Shown here one piece after another: positions 31,492-44,869 of a DNA stretch of 64,000 nt. Within the stretch, counting starts at the first letter, position 1. Every line of letters begins with the position of its first letter. Location of the stretch: assembly GCF_011620715.1 (NCBI RefSeq), contig NZ_WOYP01000084.1, positions 78,673 through 142,672 on the forward strand. Reading direction: 5' to 3'. A program made the translations under genes and the position numbers. This stretch comes from Microbacterium sp. (GTDB lineage: Bacteria > Actinomycetota > Actinomycetes > Actinomycetales > Microbacteriaceae). The notes under the pieces were generated by a model that had not been told where the DNA came from, did not search any database, and worked only from the letters and a program-made list of their open reading frames with translations.

Positions 31492-33690
31492 TCAGGGGAG
31501 CAGCAGTCGCCCGGTGCTCGTCTGCGAGGGCAGGTTGGCCTGCGGGTCGTGCTGCAGCCACAGCACTCCCAGCGGGGGAAGCACCATGGTCGCGCGGCCG
31601 GATTCGCCCGCATGCACGACACCCAGGTTGCCCACGCCGGAGCCGCCGTACTCCTGGGCGTCCGAGTTGAGGATCTCGTGCCAGACACCGGACTCCGGCA
31701 GGTCAAGCGTGTAGCCGTGCAGGGGAACGCCGGAGAAGTTGCAGACCACGACCACAGTGTTGCCGTGCCAGTCGCGGCGCGAGAACGCGATCACATTCGG
31801 ATTCCACGATGGTGCCCCGAGCCGTGAGAACGCGGCACCGTCGCTGTCGCGCGCCCAGAGGGGCGACTGCGCCTTATAGACGCTGTTGAGCGTCGCGACG
31901 AAGCTGTGCAGCTGAGCGTGCGAGGGCTGGTCGAGGATCCACCAGTCGAGGCCGCGGCCTTCGGCCCACTCCGAGAGCTGGCCGAACTCCTGCCCCATGA
32001 ACAGCAGCTGCTTGCCCGGGTGGCCCCACATGTACGCCAGGAACGCACGCATGTTCGCCAGCTTCTGCCAGTGGTCGCCGGGCATCCGGGCGAACAGGCT
32101 GCCTTTGCCGTGAACGACCTCGTCGTGGCTGATCGGAAGGATGAAGTTCTCGCTGAATGCGTACACGAACGAAAACGACAGCTCTCCCTCGTGATGCGAG
32201 CGGTACATCGGGTCTCGCCCGATGTACTGGAGTGAGTCGTTCATCCAGCCCATGTTCCACTTGAAGCCGAAACCCAGACCCGCCCGGTCGGTGGCAGCGG
32301 TGACTCCGGGGAAGCTCGTGGACTCCTCGGCGATCATCGAGATGCCGGGGTAGCGCTTGTAGGAGGTGGCCGTGACCTCCTGCAGGAATCGGATGGCTTC
32401 GAGGTTCTCCCGGCCGCCGTGGATGTTGGGAACCCACTCCCCTTCTGCACGAGAGTAGTCGAGGTACAGCATCGAGGCCACGGCGTCGACCCGGAGGCCG
32501 TCGATGTGGAACTCCTCGTACCAATACAGAGCGTTCGCGACGAGGAAGTTGCGGACCTCGTTGCGGCCGTAGTCGAAGATGTGCGTGCCCCAGTCGCGGT
32601 GTTCGCCGCGGCGCGGATCGGGATGCTCGTAGAGTGCCTCTCCGTCGAACCGGGCGAGTGCGAACGCGTCTTTGGGGAAGTGCCCGGGCACCCAGTCCAT
32701 GATCACGCCGATGCCCGCCTGGTGCAGCCGGTCGATCAGGTAGCGCAGGTCGTCAGGCATGCCGAAGCGACTGGTGGGGGAGTAGTAGCCGGTCACCTGA
32801 TAGCCCCACGACCCGCCGAACGGGTGCTCCGACAGGGGGAGGAACTCGATGTGCGTGAAGCCCTGACCGGTCACGTACTCGATGAGCTGGTCGGCCCCGT
32901 CGCGGTAGGACAGCCCGGGCCGCCAGGAGGCGAAGTGCACCTCGTAGATCGACATCGGCTGCGAAGAGGGCTGGCTGGATGCGCGCGCCTTCATCCATGC
33001 GGCATCCGCCCACGTGTAGGACGAATCGGTGACGACGGACGCCGTCGCCGGAGGTACCTCGGCGTAACGCGCCATCGGGTCGGCTTTGAGCGCCCATTCG
33101 CCGCTGCGTCCCATGATCTGGAATTTGTAGGTCGTCCCGATTCCGATGTCGGGCACGAACAGCTCCCAGACGCCGCTGGCGCCCATCGACCGCATCGCGT
33201 GCGCCGATCCGTCCCAGCTGTTGAAATCGCCCGCCAGCCGCACGGCGCGAGCGTTCGGTGCCCAGACGGTGAACGAGGTTCCCTCGGTGCCTTCGATCTC
33301 GCGGACGTGCGCGCCGAGGACGCGCCACAGCTCCTCGTGGCGGCCCTCGCGGATCAGGTGCAGGTCGACTTCGCCGATCGTGGGTCCGAACCGGTACGGG
33401 TCCACGGCGGTGTAGTCGGGTGCATCGTCGTACGTCGTCACGAGCTCGTACATGCCGCTTTCGCCAGAGCGAACGCCTTCCCAGATCCCCGCGCGAACGT
33501 GCTCGAGGGGCACGCGCGTGCCGTCCGGGAAGACCGCCGTGACGTTGCGCGCGAGCGGGCGGCGTGCCCGGATTGTCCACTCCACGGAACCGTCAGAGTC
33601 TCTGCGGAGATGCATTCCCAGCACGGAATGCGGGTCGTGATGAGAGCCGGCCGCGACGGCGTCGAGCAGATCATCGGTGGGGCTCGTCAT
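31492..33690 (-). CDS. glgB: 1,4-alpha-glucan branching enzyme
   Basis: WAPNA, GSWGYQ, DWVPGHFP, GLRVDAVASM, IAEEST and SHDEVVHGK. Confidence 0.96.
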   Translation of the reverse strand: MTSPTDDLLDAVAAGSHHDPHSVLGMHLRRDSDGSVEWTIRARRPLARNVTAVFPDGTRVPLEHVRAGIWEGVRSGESGMYELVTTYDDAPDYTAVDPYRFGPTIGEVDLHLIREGRHEELWRVLGAHVREIEGTEGTSFTVWAPNARAVRLAGDFNSWDGSAHAMRSMGASGVWELFVPDIGIGTTYKFQIMGRSGEWALKADPMARYAEVPPATASVVTDSSYTWADAAWMKARASSQPSSQPMSIYEVHFASWRPGLSYRDGADQLIEYVTGQGFTHIEFLPLSEHPFGGSWGYQVTGYYSPTSRFGMPDDLRYLIDRLHQAGIGVIMDWVPGHFPKDAFALARFDGEALYEHPDPRRGEHRDWGTHIFDYGRNEVRNFLVANALYWYEEFHIDGLRVDAVASMLYLDYSRAEGEWVPNIHGGRENLEAIRFLQEVTATSYKRYPGISMIAEESTSFPGVTAATDRAGLGFGFKWNMGWMNDSLQYIGRDPMYRSHHEGELSFSFVYAFSENFILPISHDEVVHGKGSLFARMPGDHWQKLANMRAFLAYMWGHPGKQLLFMGQEFGQLSEWAEGRGLDWWILDQPSHAQLHSFVATLNSVYKAQSPLWARDSDGAAFSRLGAPSWNPNVIAFSRRDWHGNTVVVVCNFSGVPLHGYTLDLPESGVWHEILNSDAQEYGGSGVGNLGVVHAGESGRATMVLPPLGVLWLQHDPQANLPSQTSTGRLLLP

Positions 33691-35771
33691 CGAGACTCCT
33701 TCACGTGCAGAATGTGGACTGGTTCGGTGAAGGCGTCGAGCTTGACGAAGTTGTGATCCGACCACGTCCAGTGCGCACCGGTGAGAAGCTCTTCGACTTC
33801 GAACCGCTCACCCGGTTCGACGCCCCAGATGCGGGTGTCGAGGTGCACCATCGTCTGGCGCACCGAGTGCGGGTCGACGTTCGCGACGACCAGGATCGTG
33901 TCGGAGTGCCCGGTCGGCGACAGTTCGGCGCCGATGCGCTTGGAGAACACGAGGATCGCGTCATCGTCGCTCCAGTGCACGCGCAGGTTGCGCAGCTGAC
34001 CGAGCGCGGGGTGTGCGCGCCGGATCTCGTTCAGCTGCGTGAGGTAGGGGGCGAGGGAGTTGCCGTCGGCTTCGGCGGCGGCCCAGTCGCGCACCTTGTA
34101 CTCGTACTTCTCGTTGTCGATGTTCTCTTCGGACCCGGGACGCGCGACGTTCTCATACAGCTCGTAGCCCGCGTAGACGCCGTAGGTGGGCGCTCCGGTC
34201 GCGGCGATCGCTGCCCGGATCTTGTATGCCGGCCGACCGCCGTACTGCAGATACTCGGTGAGGATGTCGGGTGTGTTCACGAAGAGGTTCGGGCGCAGGA
34301 AGTCCGCGGTCTCCAGCGCCAGCCCGGTCAGGAACCCCTCGAGCTCGAGCTTGGTGTTGCGCCATGTGAAGTACGTGTAGCTCTGCTGGAAGCCGGCCAG
34401 CGCGAGGCCCTGCAGCGGCGCAGGGCGGGTGAACGCCTCAGCCAGGAACACCACATCGGGAGTCTCCGCCGACACGGTCGCGATCAGCCACTCCCAGAAC
34501 TGCAGCGGCTTGGTGTGCGGGTTGTCCACCCTGAAGATCTTCACTCCCTGTGCGATCCAGTGGCGCAGGACCCGCAGCGCCTCGGCGCGGATGCCCTCCG
34601 GGTCGTTGTCGAAGTTGATCGGATAGATGTCCTGATACTTCTTGGGCGGATTCTCCGCGTATGCGATCGAGCCGTCGGGGAGCGTGGTGAACCACTCCGG
34701 GTGCGAAGTGACCCAGGGGTGGTCTGGCGCGGCCTGCAGGGCGAAATCCAGGGCGACTTCGACTCCTTCAGCCCGGGCGGACCGGACGAACGCGCGGAAG
34801 TCTGCCATCGTGCCCAGATCGGGATGCACCGCGTCGTGGCCGCCCTCGGCGGCACCGATCGCCCACGGCGAACCCGGATCACCCGGCTGCGGATCGAGCG
34901 TGTTGTTGCGTCCTTTGCGGTTGACGCGGCCGATCGGGTGGATCGGCGGCAGATAGATCACGTCGAAGCCCATCGCCGCGACGGCGGGCAGCCGGCGGGT
35001 GGCCGACCGGAAAGTCCCGCTCTTGATGGTGCCGTCGTTGAGGCGTCGAGCCCCTTCTGAACGGGGGAAGAACTCGTACCATGACCCGAGGCCCGCCCGC
35101 TCCCGCTCCACCAGCAGCTCCGAGGGCGGCCCGATGCTCATGAGCGAGGTCAGTGGCCGCATCGCGAAGAACTCGGCGAAGGTCGGGTCGCGAACGATCT
35201 CGAGAGTTGCTGCGTCGCCGACATCCGGGTCACGCAGCGAGACCGCCGCGTTCTCCAGTCGACGGCGCTCGGTGATCGGCCTCGTCTTGTCAGCGACGGC
35301 GCGATCGAACAGCTGCGCCCCCATCTCGCGCATGACGGCGGTGTCGACGCCGGCTGCGATCTTCAGATCCGCTGCATGCTCCCACGTGGCGAAGTCATCG
35401 GCGAAAGCTTCGAACTGGAATCTCCACACGCCCTCCTCGAGCGGCGCCACCGCGGTCTCCCAGCGGTCGAATCCGTCGTTCAGGGCAAGGAGACGGTGCA
35501 GCGACTCGTCGCCGGACGGGGAGAACAGCCGCACGTGCACGCCGATGCGATCGTGGCCTTCGCGGAACGCGGTGGTGCGGAAGGGGACGATCTCGCCCGA
35601 AAACGCACTGGGCCGGAACCGTCCGTCGGGGACGGACGGCGAAGACAGTGTGATCGGGATGCGGGACGTCACCGTCGTGCGATCGGGCTGGCTGTCGGAT
35701 GCCGCTCGCACCGGGATCGAAGAGGCGCTGCGCCAAGGGCTTGTTCGCGCGGCGCGCGTCGTCTTGACCAC
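33687..35771 (-). CDS. glgE: Alpha-1,4-glucan:maltose-1-phosphate maltosyltransferase
   Basis: SWYEFFPRS, YLPPIHPIG, AENPPKKYQDIYP, FRVDNPHTKP and FLAEAFTRP. Confidence 0.95.
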   Translation of the reverse strand: MVKTTRAARTSPWRSASSIPVRAASDSQPDRTTVTSRIPITLSSPSVPDGRFRPSAFSGEIVPFRTTAFREGHDRIGVHVRLFSPSGDESLHRLLALNDGFDRWETAVAPLEEGVWRFQFEAFADDFATWEHAADLKIAAGVDTAVMREMGAQLFDRAVADKTRPITERRRLENAAVSLRDPDVGDAATLEIVRDPTFAEFFAMRPLTSLMSIGPPSELLVERERAGLGSWYEFFPRSEGARRLNDGTIKSGTFRSATRRLPAVAAMGFDVIYLPPIHPIGRVNRKGRNNTLDPQPGDPGSPWAIGAAEGGHDAVHPDLGTMADFRAFVRSARAEGVEVALDFALQAAPDHPWVTSHPEWFTTLPDGSIAYAENPPKKYQDIYPINFDNDPEGIRAEALRVLRHWIAQGVKIFRVDNPHTKPLQFWEWLIATVSAETPDVVFLAEAFTRPAPLQGLALAGFQQSYTYFTWRNTKLELEGFLTGLALETADFLRPNLFVNTPDILTEYLQYGGRPAYKIRAAIAATGAPTYGVYAGYELYENVARPGSEENIDNEKYEYKVRDWAAAEADGNSLAPYLTQLNEIRRAHPALGQLRNLRVHWSDDDAILVFSKRIGAELSPTGHSDTILVVANVDPHSVRQTMVHLDTRIWGVEPGERFEVEELLTGAHWTWSDHNFVKLDAFTEPVHILHVKESR

Positions 35772-35834
35772 CTCTCGAACCTACCGTGCGCGATGCCGGG
35801 AGGACAGCCTGGGGCGCGCCGGATCGTGGTCGGG

Positions 35835-37922
35835 CTACTCCGCGCGGAACAGTCTCATCGAGGTTCCGGCGAGCGTGACGACTTCGCCCGGGAGGAACTC
35901 TGCCGGTGCCGCGTGGGGCGTGTCGTCTTCGCTCGACCACAGTGACAGGAACGAGGCGACGCCCTCGATCACGGGGAGCGTGACATCGACGGGCCTCTCG
36001 TTGCCATGCACCATCAGCAGGATCCGGTTGAAGCTCTCATGCTCCGGGGTGGATGCCGCGACGTACTGCAGCGTGCGGTTGGACGGATCGGTCCACTGGT
36101 CGATGGACATCGTGCTGCCGGTCTGGTCGTACCACTCCATGACCGACGCGGACGGCGTGCGTTCGTCCAGCTTGGCGAACCGACTCGGGCGCAGCGCGGG
36201 GTTCTCGCGGCGCAGGCGCAGCAGGCGCTGCACGTGCGCGAAGAGATCGTCCTGCCATGGCGCGTGATCCCAAGAGATCCAGGTCAGCGGAGAGTCATGG
36301 CAGTATGCGTTGTTGTTGCCGCGCTGAGTGCGGGCGAACTCGTCGCCGGCCGTGAGCATCGGAACGCCCGCCGACAGCAGGAGCGTGCCGAGGATGTTGC
36401 GCATCGCCTTGCGGCGGGTGGCCAGAATGGCCTCGTCTGTCGTCGGACCCTCTGCCCCGTGGTTGAAGGAGCGATTCGTGTCGGCGCCGTCGCGGTTCTG
36501 CTCGCCGTTGCCGACGTTGTGCTTCACGTCGTAGGACACGAGATCGCGCAGGGTGAAGCCGTCATGCGCCGTCACGAAGTTCACGCTCGCGAGCGGGCCG
36601 CGCTCGGCGCTGAATGTGTTCGAGGAGCCTGACAGCCGGGTGGCGAAGCCGCCGATGCCCACGGGAGCAGTCGATGCGCGTCGTGCGTAGTCGACGTCGC
36701 TCAGCCAGAAGTTGCGCACGCGGTCGCGGTAGCGGTCATTCCACTCCATCCACCCGTCGGCGAAGTTTCCGGTCTGCCAGCCGCCCATGCCGACATCCCA
36801 CGGCTCGGCGATCATCTTCACGCCGGCCAACGCGGGGTCGTCCATGATGGCGCGCAGCAGCGGGTGGTCGGGCGTGAAGTGGTGCGCGGCATCCCGGCCC
36901 AGCGTGGCCGCCAGATCGAAGCGGAACCCGTCGATCTGGACGTCGCCCGCCCAATAGCGCAGCGAATCCAGGATGAGCCGGGCGGCGGCATCCGTCGAGG
37001 TGTTCACCGAATTGCCGCACCCGGTCACATCGATGTAGACACCGTCGTCCTGCTGCCGATAATACGAGCGGTTGTCGATTCCGCGCAGGCTCGTGCGAGG
37101 ACCCCCGATGCCTTCTTCGGCGGTGTGGTTGTAGACCACGTCGAGGATGACCTCCAGGCCCGCCTGGTGGAGCAGCTTCACCATGCCCTTGAACTCGCGG
37201 AGGATCGCCTCGGGACCCTGGCGCCGGTTCTCCTCGGTGGCGTACGCGCCGTGGGGGGTGAAGAAGTTGAGCGAGTTGTAGCCCCAGTAGTTCGAGAGGC
37301 CGTGCTGCAGCAGCCGCGGCTCGGTCGCGAAGGCGTGCACCGGCAGCAGCTCGATGCTCGTGACTCCCAGAGTCAGGAAGTGCTCGATCATCGCGGGATG
37401 GGCCAGGCCCGCGTACGTGCCGTGGAGCGCCGGCGGGACGAGCGGATGCCGCTTCGACATGCCTTTGAGATGACCCTCGTAGATGACCGCCCGGTCCATG
37501 GGGACGGCCGGCTTGGCGATCCCGCCCCAGTCGAACGAGCCGTCGATGACGACCGAGCGCCAGTCCTCGTACCCTCCGCTGACCAGGCCCCTGGAATAGG
37601 GCTCGACCAGGAGGGTGCCGGGGTTGAAGGTGCCGCCCGGCGTGGAGGGGCCGTCCACGCGGATCGCGTATCTCGTGCCCGGCCGCAGCAGTGGCGTCGT
37701 GACGCTCCACACCCCGCCGACGGTGGGCGCGAGGGGGATGGTGTCGGTGATCCAGTCGAGGTCCGCGTCGTCGAAGACGACGAGCTCGATCTCGCCGGCG
37801 TGGGCCGACCACACCCGCAGAGTGCCGCCGTCCGGCCCGAGCGTGACGCCGAGATCGTCGAGATCGGAACTCAGCAGTCCTGGCGGGGAGGCCAGCGCTG
37901 TCAGGGGTTCGGGCGAAACCAT
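35835..37922 (-). CDS. glgX: Glycogen debranching enzyme
   Basis: NYWGYN, LDVVYNHTAE, DGFRFDLA, IAEPWD and FVTAHDGFTL. Confidence 0.95.
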   Translation of the reverse strand: MVSPEPLTALASPPGLLSSDLDDLGVTLGPDGGTLRVWSAHAGEIELVVFDDADLDWITDTIPLAPTVGGVWSVTTPLLRPGTRYAIRVDGPSTPGGTFNPGTLLVEPYSRGLVSGGYEDWRSVVIDGSFDWGGIAKPAVPMDRAVIYEGHLKGMSKRHPLVPPALHGTYAGLAHPAMIEHFLTLGVTSIELLPVHAFATEPRLLQHGLSNYWGYNSLNFFTPHGAYATEENRRQGPEAILREFKGMVKLLHQAGLEVILDVVYNHTAEEGIGGPRTSLRGIDNRSYYRQQDDGVYIDVTGCGNSVNTSTDAAARLILDSLRYWAGDVQIDGFRFDLAATLGRDAAHHFTPDHPLLRAIMDDPALAGVKMIAEPWDVGMGGWQTGNFADGWMEWNDRYRDRVRNFWLSDVDYARRASTAPVGIGGFATRLSGSSNTFSAERGPLASVNFVTAHDGFTLRDLVSYDVKHNVGNGEQNRDGADTNRSFNHGAEGPTTDEAILATRRKAMRNILGTLLLSAGVPMLTAGDEFARTQRGNNNAYCHDSPLTWISWDHAPWQDDLFAHVQRLLRLRRENPALRPSRFAKLDERTPSASVMEWYDQTGSTMSIDQWTDPSNRTLQYVAASTPEHESFNRILLMVHGNERPVDVTLPVIEGVASFLSLWSSEDDTPHAAPAEFLPGEVVTLAGTSMRLFRAE

Positions 37923-37979
37923 GCGCTCTACAGTAGTAAGGCGGTGAGTCAGTCAGGTTACGTGGAGTGGGGGAATTCC

Positions 37980-39209
37980 ATGGTCGTGTACCTCGACCAT
38001 GCCGCGACGACGCCCCTGCGTCCCGAGGCGCGGGAGGCGTGGCTCGCCGCGGCGGAGGGTGTCGGCAACGCGTCGTCGATCCACGGCGCGGGGCAGTCCG
38101 CACGCCGTCTGCTCGAAGACGCGCGTGAGCGCCTCGCGGCCGCCCTGGACTGCGACCCCGTCGAAGTCGTCTTCACCTCGGGAGGCACCGAATCGGTGAA
38201 TCTCGGCATCACCGGGCTGTACCGCGCGCGCCGCGAGATGACCGGACGCACCGCAGTCGTCGCTCCCACCGCCGAGCACCACGCGACGCTCGACACGCTG
38301 GCCTGGCTCAGCGCGCACGAGGTCGCGGATCTGGAGGGCGTGCCCGTCGATCGCGACGCGCGCGTGGATCTGAGCGCCTGGGAGAGTGCCGTCGGCGGAG
38401 GGGATGCCGCCGCAGCGACCCTCCTCGCGGCGAACAACGAGGTCGGCACGCTGCAGCCGCTGGCGGCGGCATCCGCGGCCTGCGCCGAGGCCGGCGTGCC
38501 ACTGCATGTCGACGCGGTCGGCGCATTCGGGCATGTCCCCCTCTCGTTCCGGGCGCTGCGCACCGCGTCGGGCTCGAGCAGCGCAGGGCTGGTCGCGCTC
38601 AGCGTCGCCGCGCACAAGCTGGGCGGTCCGGTCGGCGTCGGCGCCCTCGTCGTGGCGCGCGAGGCGAGAGTGGAGCCTCTGTTTCACGGCGGCGGACAGC
38701 AGCGAGGCATCCGTGCCGGGACGCAGGACGCGCCGGGCGCGGCCGCTTTCGCGATCGCCGCCGAGCTCGCCGTCGCCGAGCTGGAGGAGGAGGCGGCGCG
38801 GATCGGCGGGCTTCGCGATCGCCTCGAGTCGGGTCTTCGTGAGCGCATACCCGGCATGCGCCCGTCGGCGTCGAGGGCCGAGCGTCTGCCCGGCCACTTC
38901 CACGCCGTATTCCCCGGTGCACAGGGCGACTCCCTGCTGCTGCTGCTGGATTCCGCCGGCATCGCGGTCTCGACCGGGTCGGCGTGCCAGGCGGGCGTGC
39001 CGGAGCCTTCGCACGTGGTCCGGGCGATGGGCCTCGGCGATGACGCCGCCCGCAGCGCTCTGCGCCTGACCCTGGGCCGCACCACGACCGCGGCGGATGT
39101 GGACGCAGTGATCGCGGTGCTTCCGTCCGCGTACGAGCGGGCCCGCACGGCCGGGCTGTCCTCGCGCCGGGTTGGCGCTGCCAGACTCGCCGGAAGCATC
39201 GGCTCGTAG
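37980..39209 (+). CDS. Cysteine desulfurase (IscS/NifS-like, PLP-dependent)
   Basis: YLDHAATTP, FTSGGTES, AHKLGGP and STGSAC. Adjacent to mnmA. Confidence 0.92.
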   Translation: MVVYLDHAATTPLRPEAREAWLAAAEGVGNASSIHGAGQSARRLLEDARERLAAALDCDPVEVVFTSGGTESVNLGITGLYRARREMTGRTAVVAPTAEHHATLDTLAWLSAHEVADLEGVPVDRDARVDLSAWESAVGGGDAAAATLLAANNEVGTLQPLAAASAACAEAGVPLHVDAVGAFGHVPLSFRALRTASGSSSAGLVALSVAAHKLGGPVGVGALVVAREARVEPLFHGGGQQRGIRAGTQDAPGAAAFAIAAELAVAELEEEAARIGGLRDRLESGLRERIPGMRPSASRAERLPGHFHAVFPGAQGDSLLLLLDSAGIAVSTGSACQAGVPEPSHVVRAMGLGDDAARSALRLTLGRTTTAADVDAVIAVLPSAYERARTAGLSSRRVGAARLAGSIGS

Positions 39210-39218
39210 ACTCGTCTC

Positions 39219-40319
39219 ATGCGCGTGCTGGCGGCGATGAGCGGGGGAGTGGACTCCGCGGTCGCCGCTGCGCGCGCCGTGGATGCCGGCCACGACGTGG
39301 TCGGGGTGCATCTGGCGCTCTCCCGCGCCGGCGGAACGCTGCGCGCGGGCAGCCGCGGCTGCTGCACCGTCGAAGATGCGATGGATGCCCGGCGGGCGGC
39401 CGACAGGCTGGGCATCCCGTTCTACGTATGGGACTTCTCGGAGCGATTCCGCGACGATGTCATCGAGGACTTCGTCACCGAATACAGCGCCGGTCGAACC
39501 CCCAATCCCTGCATGCGGTGCAACGAGCGGATCAAGTTCGCGGCCGTGCTCGAGAAGGCCCTCGACCTCGGCTTCGACGCGGTCTGCACCGGTCACTACG
39601 CGATCCTGCGCGAGAGTGCAACCGGCGGACTCGAGCTGCACCGTGCGAGCGATGCGGCCAAGGACCAGTCCTACGTGCTCGGTGTGCTCACGGCCGAGCA
39701 GCTCGCCCACACGCTGTTCCCGCTCGGCGAGACTCCGTCCAAGGCGCTCGTGCGGGCCGAGGCCGAGGCGCGCGGTCTGACGGTGGCGCAAAAGCCCGAC
39801 AGCCACGACATCTGCTTCATCCCCGACGGCGACACGCGCGGCTGGCTGGCAGAACGCGTCGGCGCCGAGCGGGGCGACGTGCTCGACCGGTCCGGCGCGG
39901 TCGTCGGCTCGCACGAGGGCGCCCACGCGTTCACGGTCGGCCAGCGACGCGGGCTCGCTCTCGGAGTCCCCGCCAGCGACGGCAAGCCTCGCTTCGTGCT
40001 GGAGGTGCGACCCGTATCGAACACCGTCGTGGTCGGCCCGAAGGAGGCATTGGCGACCGCCGAGATCGCCGGGGAGCGCTTCACGTGGACGGGAGAGGCG
40101 CCACCGGCATCCGATTTCGCGTGCCATGTGCAGATCCGCGCCCATGCGGAGCCGGTGCCGGCGCACGCGATGCTCGGCGACGGCTGGGTGACGGTCACGC
40201 CGGAGACTCCCCTGGACGGCGTCGCACCGGGGCAGACCGCTGTGCTCTACGACGGCACGCGGGTGCTCGGCCAATTCACGATCGACCGCACCGTCTCGGC
40301 CGTCGCGGTAGGGGCCTGA
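39219..40319 (+). CDS. mnmA: tRNA-specific 2-thiouridylase
   Basis: [10 protein letters not shown]-loop, [18 protein letters not shown] and KPDSHDICF. Confidence 0.96.
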   Translation: MRVLAAMSGGVDSAVAAARAVDAGHDVVGVHLALSRAGGTLRAGSRGCCTVEDAMDARRAADRLGIPFYVWDFSERFRDDVIEDFVTEYSAGRTPNPCMRCNERIKFAAVLEKALDLGFDAVCTGHYAILRESATGGLELHRASDAAKDQSYVLGVLTAEQLAHTLFPLGETPSKALVRAEAEARGLTVAQKPDSHDICFIPDGDTRGWLAERVGAERGDVLDRSGAVVGSHEGAHAFTVGQRRGLALGVPASDGKPRFVLEVRPVSNTVVVGPKEALATAEIAGERFTWTGEAPPASDFACHVQIRAHAEPVPAHAMLGDGWVTVTPETPLDGVAPGQTAVLYDGTRVLGQFTIDRTVSAVAVGA

Positions 40320-42653
<2,334 letters not shown>

Positions 42654-42660
42654 TCGACGC

Positions 42661-42981
42661 ATGCCGCAATGGATCTATCGAATCGTCCCGACGCGTCCCG
42701 AGATGCTCGCCGCTGCGACCGACGAGGAGTCCGCCGTCGTCGCGGAGCACTTCGGCTATCTGCAGGCGCTGAAGGCAGCCGGCATCCTGATCCTCGCCGG
42801 GCGCACTCAGGTGGATGAGGGCACGTTCGGCATCACGATCTTCGAGGCCCCCGATGAGGTCACGGCCCGGGCGGTGATGCAGACCGATCCCGCGGTCTCC
42901 GCGGGGGTCATGAGCGCGGAGCTGTACCCGTACGCCGTCGCCGCGCGGGACGGCTTCGCCGACAGCACGATCGCGACCTGA
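42661..42981 (+). CDS. YciI family protein
   Basis: EHFGYL...LILAGR...DPAV...YPY, the YCII-related His/Asp pattern. Confidence 0.8.
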   Translation: MPQWIYRIVPTRPEMLAAATDEESAVVAEHFGYLQALKAAGILILAGRTQVDEGTFGITIFEAPDEVTARAVMQTDPAVSAGVMSAELYPYAVAARDGFADSTIAT

Positions 42982-43058
42982 TCATCGGGACCGACAGCCC
43001 AGGCCTGACGCGTGGCCGCCCGCAGGGGCTCCCCGCGCAGCCCAACTAGACTGGGGGA

Positions 43059-43358
43059 GTGTCTGAAATCACCCCTGATCTCGTGCGCCATCTCGGCGTG
43101 CTCGCCCGGATCCAGCTGAGCGACGAAGAGATCGAACGCCTCACCGGACAGCTTGACGTGATCGTCGACAACATCGCGAAGGTGTCCGAGGTTGCGACTC
43201 CCGACGTGCCCGCGACGAGCCACCCGATCCCGCTGCAGAACGTCTATCGCCCCGATGTCGTGGGCGAGACACTCACCCTCGCCCAGGCGCTGCAGAACGC
43301 GCCGGACGCCTATGACGGTCGGTTCCGAGTCACGGCGATTCTGGGGGAGGAGCAGTGA
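43059..43358 (+). CDS. gatC: Asp/Glu-tRNA amidotransferase subunit C
   Basis: [18 protein letters not shown] and [13 protein letters not shown]. Confidence 0.95.
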   Translation: MSEITPDLVRHLGVLARIQLSDEEIERLTGQLDVIVDNIAKVSEVATPDVPATSHPIPLQNVYRPDVVGETLTLAQALQNAPDAYDGRFRVTAILGEEQ

Positions 43359-44869
43359 GCGAACTCATCCGCCTCAGCGCGGCTGACCTGGCCGCCAAGC
43401 TCGCATCCGGAGAGGTGTCGAGCGTCGAGGCGACCCAGGCGCATCTGGACCGCATCGCGGCGGTGGATGCCGACATCCACGCGTTCCTGCACGTCAGCGA
43501 CCACGCGCTCGACATCGCCGCCGACATCGACCGCCGCCGTGCCGCCGGCGAGGAGCTCGGGCCCGTTGCCGGCGTCCCGCTCGCGATCAAGGACGTGCTC
43601 GTCACGACCGACATGCCCTCCACGAGCGGCTCGCGCATCCTCGAGAACTACATGTCGCCGTTCGACGCGACGGTCGTCGCGCGTGCTCGTGCCGCCGGAT
43701 TGGTGCCGCTCGGCAAGACCAACATGGACGAGTTCGCGATGGGCTCTTCGACCGAGCACTCCGCCTATGGCGCGACGCACAACCCGTGGGACCTCGACCG
43801 GATCCCCGGCGGCTCCGGCGGCGGCTCGGCCGCTGCCGTCGCCGCGTTCGAGGCGCCCCTCGCGCTCGGCTCCGACACGGGCGGCTCCATCCGCCAGCCC
43901 GCACACGTCACCGGGACGGTCGGGCTCAAGCCGACCTACGGCGCAGTCAGCCGCTACGGCGCGATCGCCCTCGCCTCGAGCCTCGACCAGGTCGGTCCGG
44001 TCACCCGCACGGTGCTGGACGCCGGACTTCTCCACGACGTGATCGGCGGCCATGACCCCCGTGACTCGACCTCACTGACCGATGTGTGGCCGTCGTTCGC
44101 CGACGCGGCGCGCGAGGGAGCGCGCGGCGATGTGCTTCGCGGTCTGCGGGTCGGCGTGATCACCGAGCTGCCCGACTCCGGCTTCCAGCGCGGTGTCTCG
44201 GCGTCTTTCCGCGCGGCTCTGGCGTCGATGGAGGCGCAGGGCGCCGAGATCGTCGAGATCAGCGCCCCGCACTTCGAGTTCGGCGTCGCTGCGTACTACC
44301 TGATCCTCCCGGCCGAGGCATCCAGCAACCTGGCGAAGTTCGACTCCGTGCGGTTCGGTCTGCGGGTCACGCCCCCGGGCACGCCGACCGTCGAGAGCGT
44401 GATGGCCGCGACCCGAGACGCAGGATTCGGCGACGAGGTGAAGCGCCGCATCATCCTCGGCACCTATGCGCTGTCTGCGGGCTACTACGACGCGTACTAC
44501 GGTTCGGCGCAGAAGGTGCGTACCCTCATCCAGCGCGACTTCGACGCCGCGTTCGCGCAGGTCGATGTGCTCGCCACGCCGTCGGCACCCACGACGGCGT
44601 TCCGCCTCGGCGAGAAGATCGACGATCCCATGCAGATGTACCTGAACGACGTCACGACGATTCCGGCCAACCTGGCGGGCGTTCCCGGCATCTCCGTCCC
44701 GTCGGGGCTCGCCGAAGAGGACGGGCTGCCGGTCGGCATCCAGTTCCTCGCTCCGGCCCGCCAGGATGCTCTGCTCTACCGCGTGGGCGCGGCGCTCGAA
44801 GCGCTGCTGGTGGATTCGTGGGGCGGACCGCTGCTGGACAGAGCTCCCGTCCGAGGAGGGGCGCTCTGA
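43355..44869 (+). CDS. gatA: Asp/Glu-tRNA amidotransferase subunit A
   Basis: [13 protein letters not shown] and GGSGGGSAA...[12 protein letters not shown] amidase signature. Confidence 0.97.
   Translation: MSELIRLSAADLAAKLASGEVSSVEATQAHLDRIAAVDADIHAFLHVSDHALDIAADIDRRRAAGEELGPVAGVPLAIKDVLVTTDMPSTSGSRILENYMSPFDATVVARARAAGLVPLGKTNMDEFAMGSSTEHSAYGATHNPWDLDRIPGGSGGGSAAAVAAFEAPLALGSDTGGSIRQPAHVTGTVGLKPTYGAVSRYGAIALASSLDQVGPVTRTVLDAGLLHDVIGGHDPRDSTSLTDVWPSFADAAREGARGDVLRGLRVGVITELPDSGFQRGVSASFRAALASMEAQGAEIVEISAPHFEFGVAAYYLILPAEASSNLAKFDSVRFGLRVTPPGTPTVESVMAATRDAGFGDEVKRRIILGTYALSAGYYDAYYGSAQKVRTLIQRDFDAAFAQVDVLATPSAPTTAFRLGEKIDDPMQMYLNDVTTIPANLAGVPGISVPSGLAEEDGLPVGIQFLAPARQDALLYRVGAALEALLVDSWGGPLLDRAPVRGGAL

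Noticed and set aside
44086-44868. N-terminal extension of GatB in the ORF track
   Set aside because: It overlaps gatA in another frame. The real start is the TGATG-coupled ATG at 44869.
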